A program made the translations under genes and the position numbers. The notes under the pieces are model-generated. The model worked only from the letters and a program-made list of their open reading frames with translations. It did not search any database and had not been told where the DNA came from. Shown here piece after piece: positions 26,501 to 37,800 of a DNA stretch of 64,000 nucleotides. The stretch is from Balanoglossus misakiensis (taxonomy: Eukaryota > Animalia > Hemichordata). Each line of letters starts with the position of its first letter. Within the stretch, counting starts at the first letter, position 1. Location: the NCBI GenBank assembly GCA_040954595.2, contig CM082578.2, forward strand, positions 2,834,831 to 2,898,830, given 5' to 3'.

Positions 26501-27785
26501 GGGTATGTGGTCACCTAACTGATGTCTATCAAGTTTGCGAAGATCATTGTGATTGGTTGAAGATTATGGCGGCCATATTGGATTTTCTAAAAACCCTAGT
26601 AAAATTTCAAAAATCTTCTTCTCAAGAACCGGCGATAACCGAGTCACAAGATTTGGTGTGTGTGGTCACTAAACAGATGTCTATCAAGTTTGCGAAGAGG
26701 AATGTGATTGGTCGAAGATTATGGCGGCCATATTGGATTTTGTGAAAAACGATTAAAAGTAAAAATTCCCTTTCTAGCCTAAAAATTGATAGCACAGAAA
26801 TTCTTTTTATGGATATGAATCATCATATGACAAGAATAAGCTATAAATATTTTGGTAATTTTGGCAATGACCTTTGACCTACTTTTGACGCATGATTTTT
26901 CTGCATATCTAATTCCAGGCTAACCAATAGGGCTATAAGTTTGGTTTTTGATGTATGTCGATTTGTATGTGATCCAAAAATTTTGCTACTTTTCATGACC
27001 CCTTTGACCTCTGCTGACCTCATTAAATATGTACATACCTAATTACAGATGAACCAATAGACCTAGAGGTTTTGTTTTTGTTATACATGGACCAGTATGG
27101 GGTCAAAATATTTTGCCCAAATGTTGGGTGACCTCAGGTGACCTTTGACCTACTTTTGCATATCTCGACATCCACAGCAGATACAGCCTTGGCGTTTGGA
27201 GGTATGGGGCCATAATGAAAAGCCAAAGTTTTGGGTCACCTGTGACACCTGCTTAACTCATTATTTATGTGCATACCTAATTATAGGCTAACCAAAAGGG
27301 CTAGAGGTCTGGTTTTTGTTGGACATGGACCACTATGGGTCAAAATTTTCTGCCCAAATTTTGGATGACCTCAGATGACCTTTGACCTACTTTTGCATAT
27401 CTCGGCATCCAAAGCAGGTACAGCCTTGGCATTTGGAGGTATGGGGCCATAATGAAAAGCTAAAGCCAAAGTTTTGGGTCACCTGTGACACCTGCTTTAC
27501 ACATTATTTATGTGCATACCTAATTCCAGGCTAACCAAAAGGGCTAGAGGTCTGGTTTTTGTTGGACATGGACCACTATGGGTTAAAATTTTCTGCCCAA
27601 ATGTTGGGTGACCTCTGGGTGACCTTTGACCTACTTAACACTTTATCAGCACCAAACATAGATATAACCTTGATATTTCATGGGATAGAACAGCATTATG
27701 TTTCTACTCATTAATTATGTGCATATCTAATATCAGATCAGATAATAGAGCTTGGGCCCGGACAAGGCTGCTTGCAGCTTTAATT
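23516..27785 (+). mobile_element. HINE family 1 composite: one 5' head, three bodies, three 3' tails
   Basis: Head ttattagggcccaagcc-aagcca-ggcttgggcccta (hairpin), (CTTT)n, and ~155-bp and ~240-bp internal repeats. Tails gcttgggccc..gctgc-tt-gcagc-tttaatt end at 24690, 26118 and 27785. This is the DINE-1/Helentron-type layout, with no TSD. Confidence 0.8.
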
Positions 27786-28058
27786 TATATTGGTATAGTC
27801 TAGAAGGTCTCTCCATTTTTCAAATTCAATTCTCGATAATTTCGAAGTCTGGAATAATAAGCTTGTTACGGGTGTGTTCACGGGGAGTGTCTTGGGGATT
27901 TCACCGGTTTCAAAGGTAGAGACCCAAAACTAATCGCTACTGATCAATTTCGCCTGTAAAGCTATTTACTATCGTAGTCGAGGCAATGGCCGTATCGGAG
28001 ATGATAAAACTCTGACCATGAGCCATTTTGTGGATCACAGCTCGGATACTACACTCTG

Positions 28059-28346
28059 ATGACTACGCTCCAGACGCGATTTAAGCGACGATGGATATCG
28101 GAATATTTGCCCGCGTTACGTGAAAACCACTCGCCAACAGGGAGTCCCGGGAACAAGATACAGGTTGGGGACGTGGTCCTTGTACATGAGGACGTCAAAC
28201 GACGCCTGGAATGGAGTCTGGCTATAGTGGAACGACTGAATTACGGACGCGACAACCTTGTCCGATCAGCGGAAATCAAAACCGCCAAGGGACAAGCCCC
28301 AAGGCCAGTGAGTAAACTCTTCCCGCTGGAAGTAAACTCGCGCTGA
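28059..28346 (+). pseudogene. BEL/Pao polyprotein C-terminus (DUF5641-like)
   Basis: RFKRRWISEYLPALRE...IQVGDVVLVHED..RLEWSLAIVERL..GRDNLVRSAEIKT...RPVSKLFPLE. Confidence 0.88.
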
Positions 28347-28819
28347 ATTGAACTGAACATTGAATTGTCTGTGCTTCAATGACATTTGAACATTGACCAA
28401 TATGATTGTTTACCGTTTACATGTATTTCAAAGTTTTCTAGTTTATTGTTGATTTCTTGTTCACTTTCGCGGCCCCGGAGAATATCGGAGATGATAAAAC
28501 TCTGACCATGAGTCATTTTCCGGATCACAGCTCGGATACTTTGAGCCAATCAGAGCAGAGTATTTTAGCCCAATCAGAGGCCCAGTTAATCGTCCAATGA
28601 CGTATTTTTCCCGCCAAAACAAAATTTGTTACTTTTTGGCTGGCGTTTTGTGCTTGTGTAACCGGTTCTGGAGTGACATTCAATAAAGTTGTTCAAACGT
28701 TGTACAGCAGCGTCCCGCTCCTGTAATTTCCCCTGCCATCCCCTCAGAACCTTTCTCATAATTCACCCCAGACGTATAGTATGTCACCTTTTTGGTGCCG
28801 AGACCAGGATTTACCGATT

Positions 28820-29585
28820 ATGATGGCAGAACCAGAGGAACAGGAGCACCCAGCACCCGCTCAGGCGGTCCCAGGAGCAAACTCGCTCTACAGGCTGAAA
28901 GGCACACGAAGGGGTCACCGTGGATCCTTGACAAGACTTCTCAACAAAGCAGAGGATATCATCTCATCATTTGAAGAGAAAGATGACAAGATCGAAGCTC
29001 TCGATACCCTCATCACCACACGTGAACTGATAAACGCGAAATACGACATTCTCGTATCCCTCGACTTGAAGATCATCGAATCCGTTGACGAAGGCGACCT
29101 CGAAGGCGTGATCGAGGAAACCGACGACTACTTTCGATAGAAAGCTCAAGATCGGCCGATTCATCGATAGAAATTCGCGAGCGACCTCGCCCGACCGATC
29201 TTCCAACGAAGAAATCACTTCCGCGGCACACTCTATTCAGAGGAAAACTACAAGTCTGCCGAAACTTCAGCTACCCATCTTTTAGGGTGACATTCTCAAA
29301 TGGGTCAGTTTCCACGACGCGTTCAAATCCGCTGTCCACGACGACAAGAATCTGGGAGACGTCCAGAAATTCCAGTAGTTACGCGCACAGCTTCAAGGCG
29401 AAGCCGCTCGATCTATCGAAGGACTGTCATTAACAAGTTCAAACTACGCACACGCGCTCCAACTTCTCACCGAACGTTATGGCAAAACACGCAAGATTAT
29501 AAGCGCCTACATGAAATCGCTGTGGGACATGCCGAGTCCCGAAGGCGAACTTACCAGTCTACGAAACCTCTACGACACTCTAGAG
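28820..29585 (+). pseudogene. BEL/Pao gag (DUF1759-like), disrupted
   Basis: RRGHRGSLTRL..., a frameshift near 29135, then LPKLQLPIF*GDILKWVSFHDAFKSAVH..LGDVQKFQ*LRAQLQGEAARSIEGL..NYAHALQLLTERYG. Truncated by the insertion at 29586. Confidence 0.85.
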
Positions 29586-29749
29586 TACGGCAACCGAGAA
29601 GGCTCATGAAACAAGTATACTATTTGTGACTTTTTTAAAATACTTTTTGTTCGTTTTTGTGTTTATACTTAAATCTTAGCTTGAATTTTCTTTAACTTTG
29701 TTTTTAACTTTTAATTTCTGTTTAATTTTAACTTTAATTTTAACTTTAA

Positions 29750-30170
29750 CTTTGATTTCGATTTCGATTTTGATTTACGAAATGAAAAACGATCTAGATT
29801 TTGATTTTGATTTCCATTTCGATTTTGATTTACGAAATGAAAAACGATCTGAATTTTGATTTCGATTTTGATTTTGATTTACGAAATAAAAAACGATCTA
29901 GATTTTGATTTTGATTTTGATTTCGATTTCGATTTACGAAATGAAAAACGATCTGAATTTTGATTTCGATTTTGATTTTGATTTACGAAATAAAAAACGA
30001 TCTAGATTTTGATTTTGATTTCGATTTCCATTTCGATTTTGAGTTACGAAATGAAAAACGATCTGAATTTTGATTTCGATTTCGATTTTGATTTCGATAT
30101 TGATTTTGATTTCGATTTTGATTTTGATTTCGATTTCGATTTTGATTTCGATTTTGATTTTGATTTCGTT
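29750..30170. repeat. (GATTTC/GATTTT)n hexamer array with spacer ttacgaaatgaaaaacgatct
   Basis: Read directly. An inverted copy lies at 33875-34160 and a short copy at ~31432-31470. Confidence 0.9.
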
Positions 30171-31759
30171 TTTCCAACCTTTGAACTTTGACCTTCGTGA
30201 TTGTCACATGATACCTGTGGAGCAATAAAAAAGGCTTTATGCAAATATCCAGTATTGTTGAATCGGCTCGGAAGTGGGAAGACAAATCCCAGCAGACAAA
30301 ACTCTGGCGTGGAACGTAGCAGACAAAATACGTAATCCACTTTAAAACTTCAATTTTGGACAGTAGACTTAAATATTACCTCAATCAAACTAATCGAAAT
30401 TAAAATATCCTATATTTAGCTGGAAAAATCACGCCACGGATGGAAATCGCCGACGAAAAATATACTCCCTTCGCGACCGTGCGTTACTTCCTGGTTAAAC
30501 ATTGTGTAAAGTGTGAGGCCACTGTCCTTTATCGACAAAACAATACACATGTACTTTTAAAACCACAGATGGTAGAAAAAAGTCTCTGTTAAGAGAAATT
30601 TAGAAACATTTATAATCTACGTAAATTGGGATCTAAAAGACATTACATATTTCATTCAATAATCAGTTTACTTGCATAAATTATATAAATGTTTATGAGT
30701 ACATGTACATGTAAACTAAAATTCATCTTTGATTTAACTTTTACTTTGATTTTCTCCGCTCACGGTTGCTTAATTTGTAGAGTATGGCAACTAAGGCCCC
30801 CCCAAAAAAGATCGTTTCTGGTCAGCGCGCGCATCACTTGGAAGTCCCCGAGTCGATCCTTTTTTTCCCCAACCGAACTTGTGTATAAACGTTAGCGAAC
30901 TCGAAAAAGTCAGTTCGCCGCAAGATGAAAAGAAAACCTAAAATCATCCGCAGAAAGAGGAAATTCGTTAAAACGCGTGATGAATGACTGCATTTTCAAC
31001 ACTGATATATTGCAAAGCTGCATAGAAAGTTGACGATTTCACTGACTCTAGTAAAAAATTATCTGACCATACGAATAGAATGATGGGCCATTTACCACAT
31101 AATTTGGTAAAAACCATAACATGAAATATTATTTAGTTTCAAACTAAAATAATTAAAACATGCTCAGAGCCTTTAAACTAGTCTATGATATTAAAATAAC
31201 ATTTATGGATTTACTCAAACATTTGCATTAAAATGTTAAATGTAACTGTACGCCTCTAAGACACGTATAAGCAGTTTGTAACTTCGATCGGGATAGCTGA
31301 AAATCAGAGGTCAAAGGTCAAATACGATTAAAAGCTGTTTTTGGTATAAATTTGTCTAAATGTCTTTAATATTTTGCGTTAAATCATTGCACATTTAGTT
31401 ACTCTTTCACATAAAATAAAATGTGCAAATCGATTTCGATTTTGATTTCGATTTTGATTTTGATTTCGTTTTTTTCAACCTTTGAACTTTAACCTTCATA
31501 ATTGTCACATGATATCTTTGGACCAATCAAAAAATTATTTATGCTAATAGCCAGCGTTGGTGTTGTTGACGTGATGCGACGCGTTTCATCGTGTTTTAGA
31601 TAGTCTTCGCTCAGAAATAACGTATCACGTAAGTTTTTAGTGTTTTAACTTTTCTGATTTCACGTGGCCGGGGTAAATCACGTGAATATAGGGAGGTCGG
31701 TACGGTGACCATAGCAAACGATCTTGTCCCGACGGCATGATCACGGGCCCGGCACTTGC

Positions 31760-31866
31760 TAGCTGCATAACCGTAGCACGAGGTTTTGGCTGGGTTTGTG
31801 CATGTGGGTGGGTTGGCGTCCAACCCACAAGCCCAGCCAAAACCTCGAGCTACGGTTCTGCAGCTA
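31760..31866. mobile_element. 107-bp palindromic AcademH-type MITE
   Basis: ggcacttgc|TAGCTGCATAACCGTAGC...GCTACGGTTCTGCAGCTA|ggcacatgc gives TAG/CTA termini, ~40-bp arms and a 9-bp TSD with one mismatch. Confidence 0.7.
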
Positions 31867-32318
31867 GGCACATGCATGAGATGATTAGTAATGAACTAGC
31901 CATACTTGGCGAGTGTCCGGCTATGACACCTGTTTTGGTGCGGAGTTGTGAAGCGCTAGCGGCGCAGCCATAGCCAGTTACTTGCCATACTATACCAGTA
32001 CTACTAGGCTAAAGTCACGAACTTGCTTAGTGAGTCCTGGTACGTAGTAGTAGTAGTAGCCCAACGAGTACATTTCGAGATTGTCCAGCAATGGCTGCGC
32101 CGCTAGCGCCTCACAACTCCGCATTAAAACATGTACGTTCAAAGAATGTTAACAGAAATGCGGGTCGGTTGAACAAACCAAACAATACCCTAAAGCTTGT
32201 GGCATATTAACTGCCTCGTAATTCATGCAAAATGCCCAAACTACCTGGGTCTAAAAATAATTATGGAAAGAATCATTTTTAATATTCTTTTTATATCCTG
32301 TACAGGTGTTAAGATAGT

Positions 32319-32419
32319 ATGAATATTTCGGAGTACCTAGAACATTTGGTTATACGAGGAAAGGATAATTATAAAACTATCCTTAAATATCTACAGAAAG
32401 ATCATGGCATTTCCCGGAG
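32319..32419 (+). pseudogene. Orphan first exon of an IS3EU-like transposase (Clr5-like HTH)
   Basis: MNISEYLEHLVIRGKDNYKTILKYLQKDHGISR followed by donor gtaatg. Resembles the G..Y..IL..L...HGI N-terminal pattern. No downstream exon was found. Confidence 0.4.
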
Positions 32420-33874
32420 GTAATGTATATATCTGCCAATTGTAGTACCAGGGTATTAACTAAATATCATAAAGAGCACTAAAATGGCCACTCATTGCTT
32501 TTAACTTTGAAAATGTATTTTGGGTCCACAAGACATGACATACTGTACACACACATGTATGCATGTTGATTTGTGTCATACAAACCAATATGGCTGCTGG
32601 ACGACCATTTTCTTACATTTTTAAGACATTGGCTTATTAATATTTACGAGTTTGTGTACATGTAGCTGTTTTTTGTATTTTTAATTTTATTGTTGACTCA
32701 GATGTCACCTGCAATTTAATTGCAAGCTTTAAAACTCAAAGCACTTTGTGGACAGAGATGTAGGCTGTGTTAGATAGTTAGAGATGTAGGGTTATTTAAT
32801 TGTTCAGAAGATGTAACGATGATGGTGTGAACAGTTTAGAAAAGCAGTGCTCCAAGCACAGCATCTTGGTCAAACTGTTACAGAGATGAATCTGTAGCAC
32901 TTTGTAAGGCTTCCCAAGACAAATGCTTCTCAAAGCTGTTTTTTTTTTTATTCCTGTAGTATTGCAGTGGAATAGCGGAGAGCAAGACATGGTGTATTTC
33001 CTTCACAATTCAGTAGGTTTCTTATACAATCGCCACCAAGATCAACTTTTGCGCACATGATGTGCATACAAACACATGCGTGCACACACACACACACACA
33101 CACGTGTATACCCATGCACACTCATTCAGAGCGTCTCTCACTCTGATCAATTCCGTAAATAAGAGTGCCTATCAGCTTCAAATACAAAGTAATTTGGTGG
33201 TGCGAGTTGAGACTTAGCTTAGCTATATGTATATTTGAATCAGACAATATGTGCAATATTGTAGCTATCTGTTGTGTACTTGATTGTTACCCCCCTTCAC
33301 CCTCCAATATTTGGTATGGCCCCATTGTTGTCAGTGGTATGGTTGGACCTATGTACAGAAAATTAGGGTGAAAGGGTTTGGCGGGCTTTAGAGACTTTTG
33401 ATTTTTTGGTACAGACTTGCATAGACGTTAACTTTTTCATTTTGCATAAAATTGCAAGCAAATTGATTTTAGCCTGTTTGCTTTGTGGGTCCCTAATTCG
33501 GTTTTATCTTTAAAAATTTGTATTCTGTAACCTATTCCTATTCCGAATTTCAACCTTTTCTTCAGAATCATGCAACTGCTCAGACTATCTCAGATATTGT
33601 TATATTTTTAACAACATCCTTTTTATGGCAAATAGATATATTGAAGTCTGAACCAGGTGTGGAAAAGTCTCTTCTGTCATGTAGGCTGTGTTGAACATGA
33701 AATTGACCGTATGTGTTGTTGATTTTGTTATGTTTTGTTGAAAGGCAGCTTTACTTCGCGATGAGGGGTCTTATGACACCAATGATTCGTCACCAAAACT
33801 TTCAAAAGGGTGAAATAGCGCCCTCTGGCGACGAACAACTGATAGCTACAACGGTCAGAGTTCAAAGGTTGACA

Positions 33875-34160
33875 AAACGAAATCGAAATCAAAATCGAAA
33901 TCAAAATCGAAATCAAAATCAAAATCGAAATCGAAATCAAAATCAAAATCAAAATCAAAATCGAAATCAAAATTCAGATCGTTTTTCATTTCGTAAATCA
34001 AAATCGAAATGGAAATCAAAATCGAAATCGAAATCAAAATCAAAATCAAAATTCAGATCATTTTTCATTTCGTAAATCAAAATCGAAATGGAAATCAAAA
34101 TCAAAATCTAGATCGTTTTTTATTTCGTAAATCAAAATTGAAATCGAAATCAAAGTTAAA
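33875..34160. repeat. (AAATCG/AAATCA)n hexamer array, right TIR portion
   Basis: Reverse complement of the 29750-30170 array. Confidence 0.9.
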
Positions 34161-34177
34161 GTTAAAATTAAAGTTAA

Positions 34178-34769
34178 AGCCCCAGTATTTCTCATGTGTA
34201 TCCATTTTTCATCATCGAAAAATGCCCGTTTTTCCTGTACATTCATCATGGAATACTACATAATGAAGATAGAAGAAAGGTTTGGGCAACTGTAGCTACA
34301 TGCAAGCTGTAAATATTGCCCGTAACACTTGAAATGATGCGCGGGTTTGTTTACAACGGAAATGTTGTACATGTCGATCAGCAAACGTGCCACTTTGACA
34401 TTTGATGGTCAGACCATTTTCGGATTTGATCTGGTTCCATCGACTGATTTCTCCCATAAAGTTATCTTCCCAAAATTTCGCCGAATTAGTGCGCATTTCT
34501 TCGCTGAGTCGCTTGATTTGGGGCGACCAAACCTCTTCCGCATAGATTCACATTGGAGTGCGCATGCGCACTAGTCACGTGTGTCAACAGAGCCTGACTT
34601 TCTGTCCGGACAGAAAGTCATTCTTCACTCGTTATATTGTAAATTGTATGAGTTTATGAGCAGAGCTTGGGATGATGACTGTTCGATTCAGTATCAATTA
34701 TCATCTACTTTTAGAAATTATAGTTGCCGTTTCAAACTAAATTTTGCCCCTACGAGAAATACTGAGGCT
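34178..34769. mobile_element. TTAA-flanked Kolobok-like MITE inserted in the IS3EU-like TIR
   Basis: TTAA|AGCCCCAGTATTTCTC...GAGAAATACTGAGGCT|TTAA. It interrupts the TIR that is continuous on the left arm. Confidence 0.8.
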
Positions 34770-34873
34770 TTAAAATTACACAGAAATTAAAAGTTAAAAA
34801 CAAAGTTAAAGAAAATTCAAGCTAAGATTTAAGTATAAACACAAAAACGAACAAGAAGTAAAAAAAAAGTCAC

Positions 34874-37800
34874 AATTAAAGCTGCAAGCAGCGTTGGCGG
34901 GGCACAAGCGGTTCCCATGGTAACCAGCAAATGCCAAGGCTGTATCTGCTGTGGATACCAAGATATGGGAAAGTAGGTCAAAGGTCACCTGAGGTCACCC
35001 CAAATTTGGGCAAAAAAATCGGACCCCATACAAGTCTAGAAACAAGACCCCTAGCTGTATTGGTTCGCCTAGAATAAGGTATGCGCATAATTAATGAGGT
35101 CTTGTGTAAGACTCCATATGTGCTCCATCTGCCCCCTAAAAGCCAGGACTCTAACTGCTGTGGATGCTGAGATATGGGAAAGTAGATCAAAGGTCATCCA
35201 AGGTCACCCAAAATTTGGGCATAAAATTTTGACCCCAGAGTGGGCCATGTCCAACTAAAACCAGACCTCTAGCCCTATTGGTTAGCCTGGAATTAGATAT
35301 GCAGAAAAATGATGTTTCAGAAATAGGTCAAGGGTCATTGCCAAAATTACCAAAATATTTGTGCTATGTCCTGGCAGCATTGGTACCCATGTCCACAAAA
35401 TTCATGACTGTGGTGCTTTGACAAGAGGAGGTATGGGGAATATGCATATATAATTAGTTGTTTTAAAACTGGGTCAAAGGTCATGTGAAAATTGCCCCGA
35501 AAAATTGTGACAACTTCCGGTCATATGATGACTCATATCCAAAAAAAGAATTTCCGTGCTGTCAATATTTTGGCTACAAAACGGAATTTTCATTTTTCAA
35601 TGGTTTTCCAAAAATCCAACATGGCCTCCATAATGATCGACCAATCACAGTGCGCTTCGCAAACTTGATAGACATAGGTTAGGTGACCACATGCCCCAAA
35701 TCCCGTGACTCGGCAATCGCTGGTTCTGGAGAATAAGATTTTTAAAGTTTTAAGTAGTTTTTCAGAAAAACAATTGTAGCAAAAAAACGGTATGTGTGAC
35801 GTCATGATTTCAATAAGGTAAAATGATGGACAGAAGGTAGGCTACCTGCACACCAAATTTGAACTCGATCTGCCCAGTAGTTTTTGAGAAGGACTCGTTT
35901 AACGATTTTCAGGAAATCCAATATGGCCGCCAGGTCACGTGACTAATTAAATATTCATGAGCCACTGCACGTCTACTCATTGGCCCCTACCACCCTACCA
36001 AGTTTCAGCCCCCTAGGTGCTGCAGTTTTCCAGATGTACAATGACATATTTCTCGGAAGAAGAATAATAATAATTAAAGCTGCAAGCAGCATTGTCGGGC
36101 CCAAGCGCTGATCTTGAATTATATATGCACAGTATGAATGAGAAGAAACAGAATTTTCTATCGGATGTATTATCTCATGACATAACAAGGATGTGTGCAT
36201 TTTTGCTGCTGAAATAGGGTGAAGTAGGTGAAAGGTCACCTAAGGTCACCCAACATTTGGGCAATATATTTTTACCAATACTGGTCCATGTCCAACAAAA
36301 ACCAAAACTCTAGCTCTATTGGTTCGCCTGTAATTAGGTATGTGCATATTTAATGAGGTCAGCAGGTGTCACAGGTGACGCAAAAATGTGGTTTTACATT
36401 TTGGTCCCATCCTGCCAAATGCCAAGGCTGTATCTGCTCTGGATGCTGAGATATGCGGAAGTAGGTCAAAGGTCACCAGAGGTCACCCAACATTTGGGCA
36501 AAAAATTTTGATCCCATACTGGTCCATGTCCAACAAAAACCAAACCTCTAGCTCTATTGGTTCGCCTGTAATTAGCTATGCACATAATTAATGAGGTCAG
36601 CTGAGGTCAAAGGGGTCATGAAAAGTAGCAAAATATTTTGATCACACACTAATCCACAATCAACAAAAACCAAACGTCTAGCCCTATAGGTTAGCCTGGA
36701 ATTAGATATGCAGAAATAATAACGCGTAATAAGTAGGTCAAAGGTCATGTGAAAAATCTCCAAAAAATTGTAACATATTTTAGTCACATGACGATTGATA
36801 TCCATTAAAAGAATTTGTATGCTGTCAATTTTTAGACTAGGAAAAGGAATTTCAATTTTTCACTGCTTTTTACAAAATCCAATATGGCCGCCATAATCTT
36901 CGACCAATCACAATGCTCTTTGCAAACTTGATAGACATCATTGTTGTGACCATACTACCCGAATCTTGCGACTCAGTTATCGCCCGTTCTGGAGAAGAAG
37001 ATTTTTGCAGTTTTACTATGGTTTTTCGAAAATCCAATATGGCCGCCATAATCTTCGACCAATCACAATGCTTCTTATCAAACTTGATAGACATCAGTTA
37101 GGTGACCACATACCCCAAACCGCGTCACTCGGTTATCACCGGTTCTGGAGAAGAAGATTTTTGAAATTTAAGCCAGATTTCAAAAAAAAAAATTGTAGCA
37201 AAAAAACTGCAACATTTACAGCAAAATATCCAATTACAAAAATTATGGGTAGAAGGTAGACTACCTGCACACCAAATTTGAAGTCGATCTGACTTGTAGT
37301 TTCTGAGATCTGAGATTTGCATTTTTTCAGAAAATCCAATATGGCCGCCAGGTCACGTGACTAATTAAAAATTCAAGGGTTCAATGCACGACTACTCATT
37401 GACCTTGACCACTGTAGCAAGTTTGAAAACTGTACCTGTAGTGGTGTCTGAGATCTAGAGCGACAAAGAAGTGAACCAAGAATAAATAAAGAAAGAAAGA
37501 AAGAAAGAATTAAAGCTGCAAGCAGCATTGTCCGGGCCCAAGCTCTATTATCTGATCTGATTATTAGATATGCACATAATTAATGAGTAGAAACATAATG
37601 CTGTGTTTTATCCCATGAAATATCAAGGTTATATGTATGTTTGGTGCTGATATAGTGTTTAGTAGGTCAAAGGTCTCCCAGAGGTCACCCACAATTTGGG
37701 CAGAAAATTTTACCCATAGTGGTCCATGTCCAACAAAAACAGACCTCTAGCCCTTTTGGTTAGCCCGGAATTAGGTATGCACATAAATAATGAGTTAAGC

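Larger units (their letters stand above)
27993..29585 (+). mobile_element. BEL/Pao LTR retrotransposon relic (tandem copies sharing an LTR)
   Basis: 58-bp LTR start at 27993-28050, pol 3' end, PPT-like ggccccggagaa, LTR 28483-~28786, PBS tggtgccgagaccaggat at 28793 (tRNA-His-like), then gag. Confidence 0.85.
29586..34874 (+). mobile_element. Defective IS3EU-like DNA transposon with long (GATTTY)n-containing TIRs; right end cut by the HINE array
   Basis: Starts TACGG. 29623-29720 is the reverse complement of 34781-34874, and hexamer arrays 29750-30170 are inverted at 33875-34160. Carries an HTH-like exon. The right terminus and TSD were not found. Confidence 0.6.

Noticed and set aside
30792-30840. 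Possible Zator/Harbinger-like terminus taaGGCCCCCCAAAAAAG
   Set aside because: No partner TIR found.
29983-34263. SK-, DF- and NQNR-repeat ORFs
   Set aside because: Frames of the (GATTTY)n hexamer arrays in transposon TIRs.
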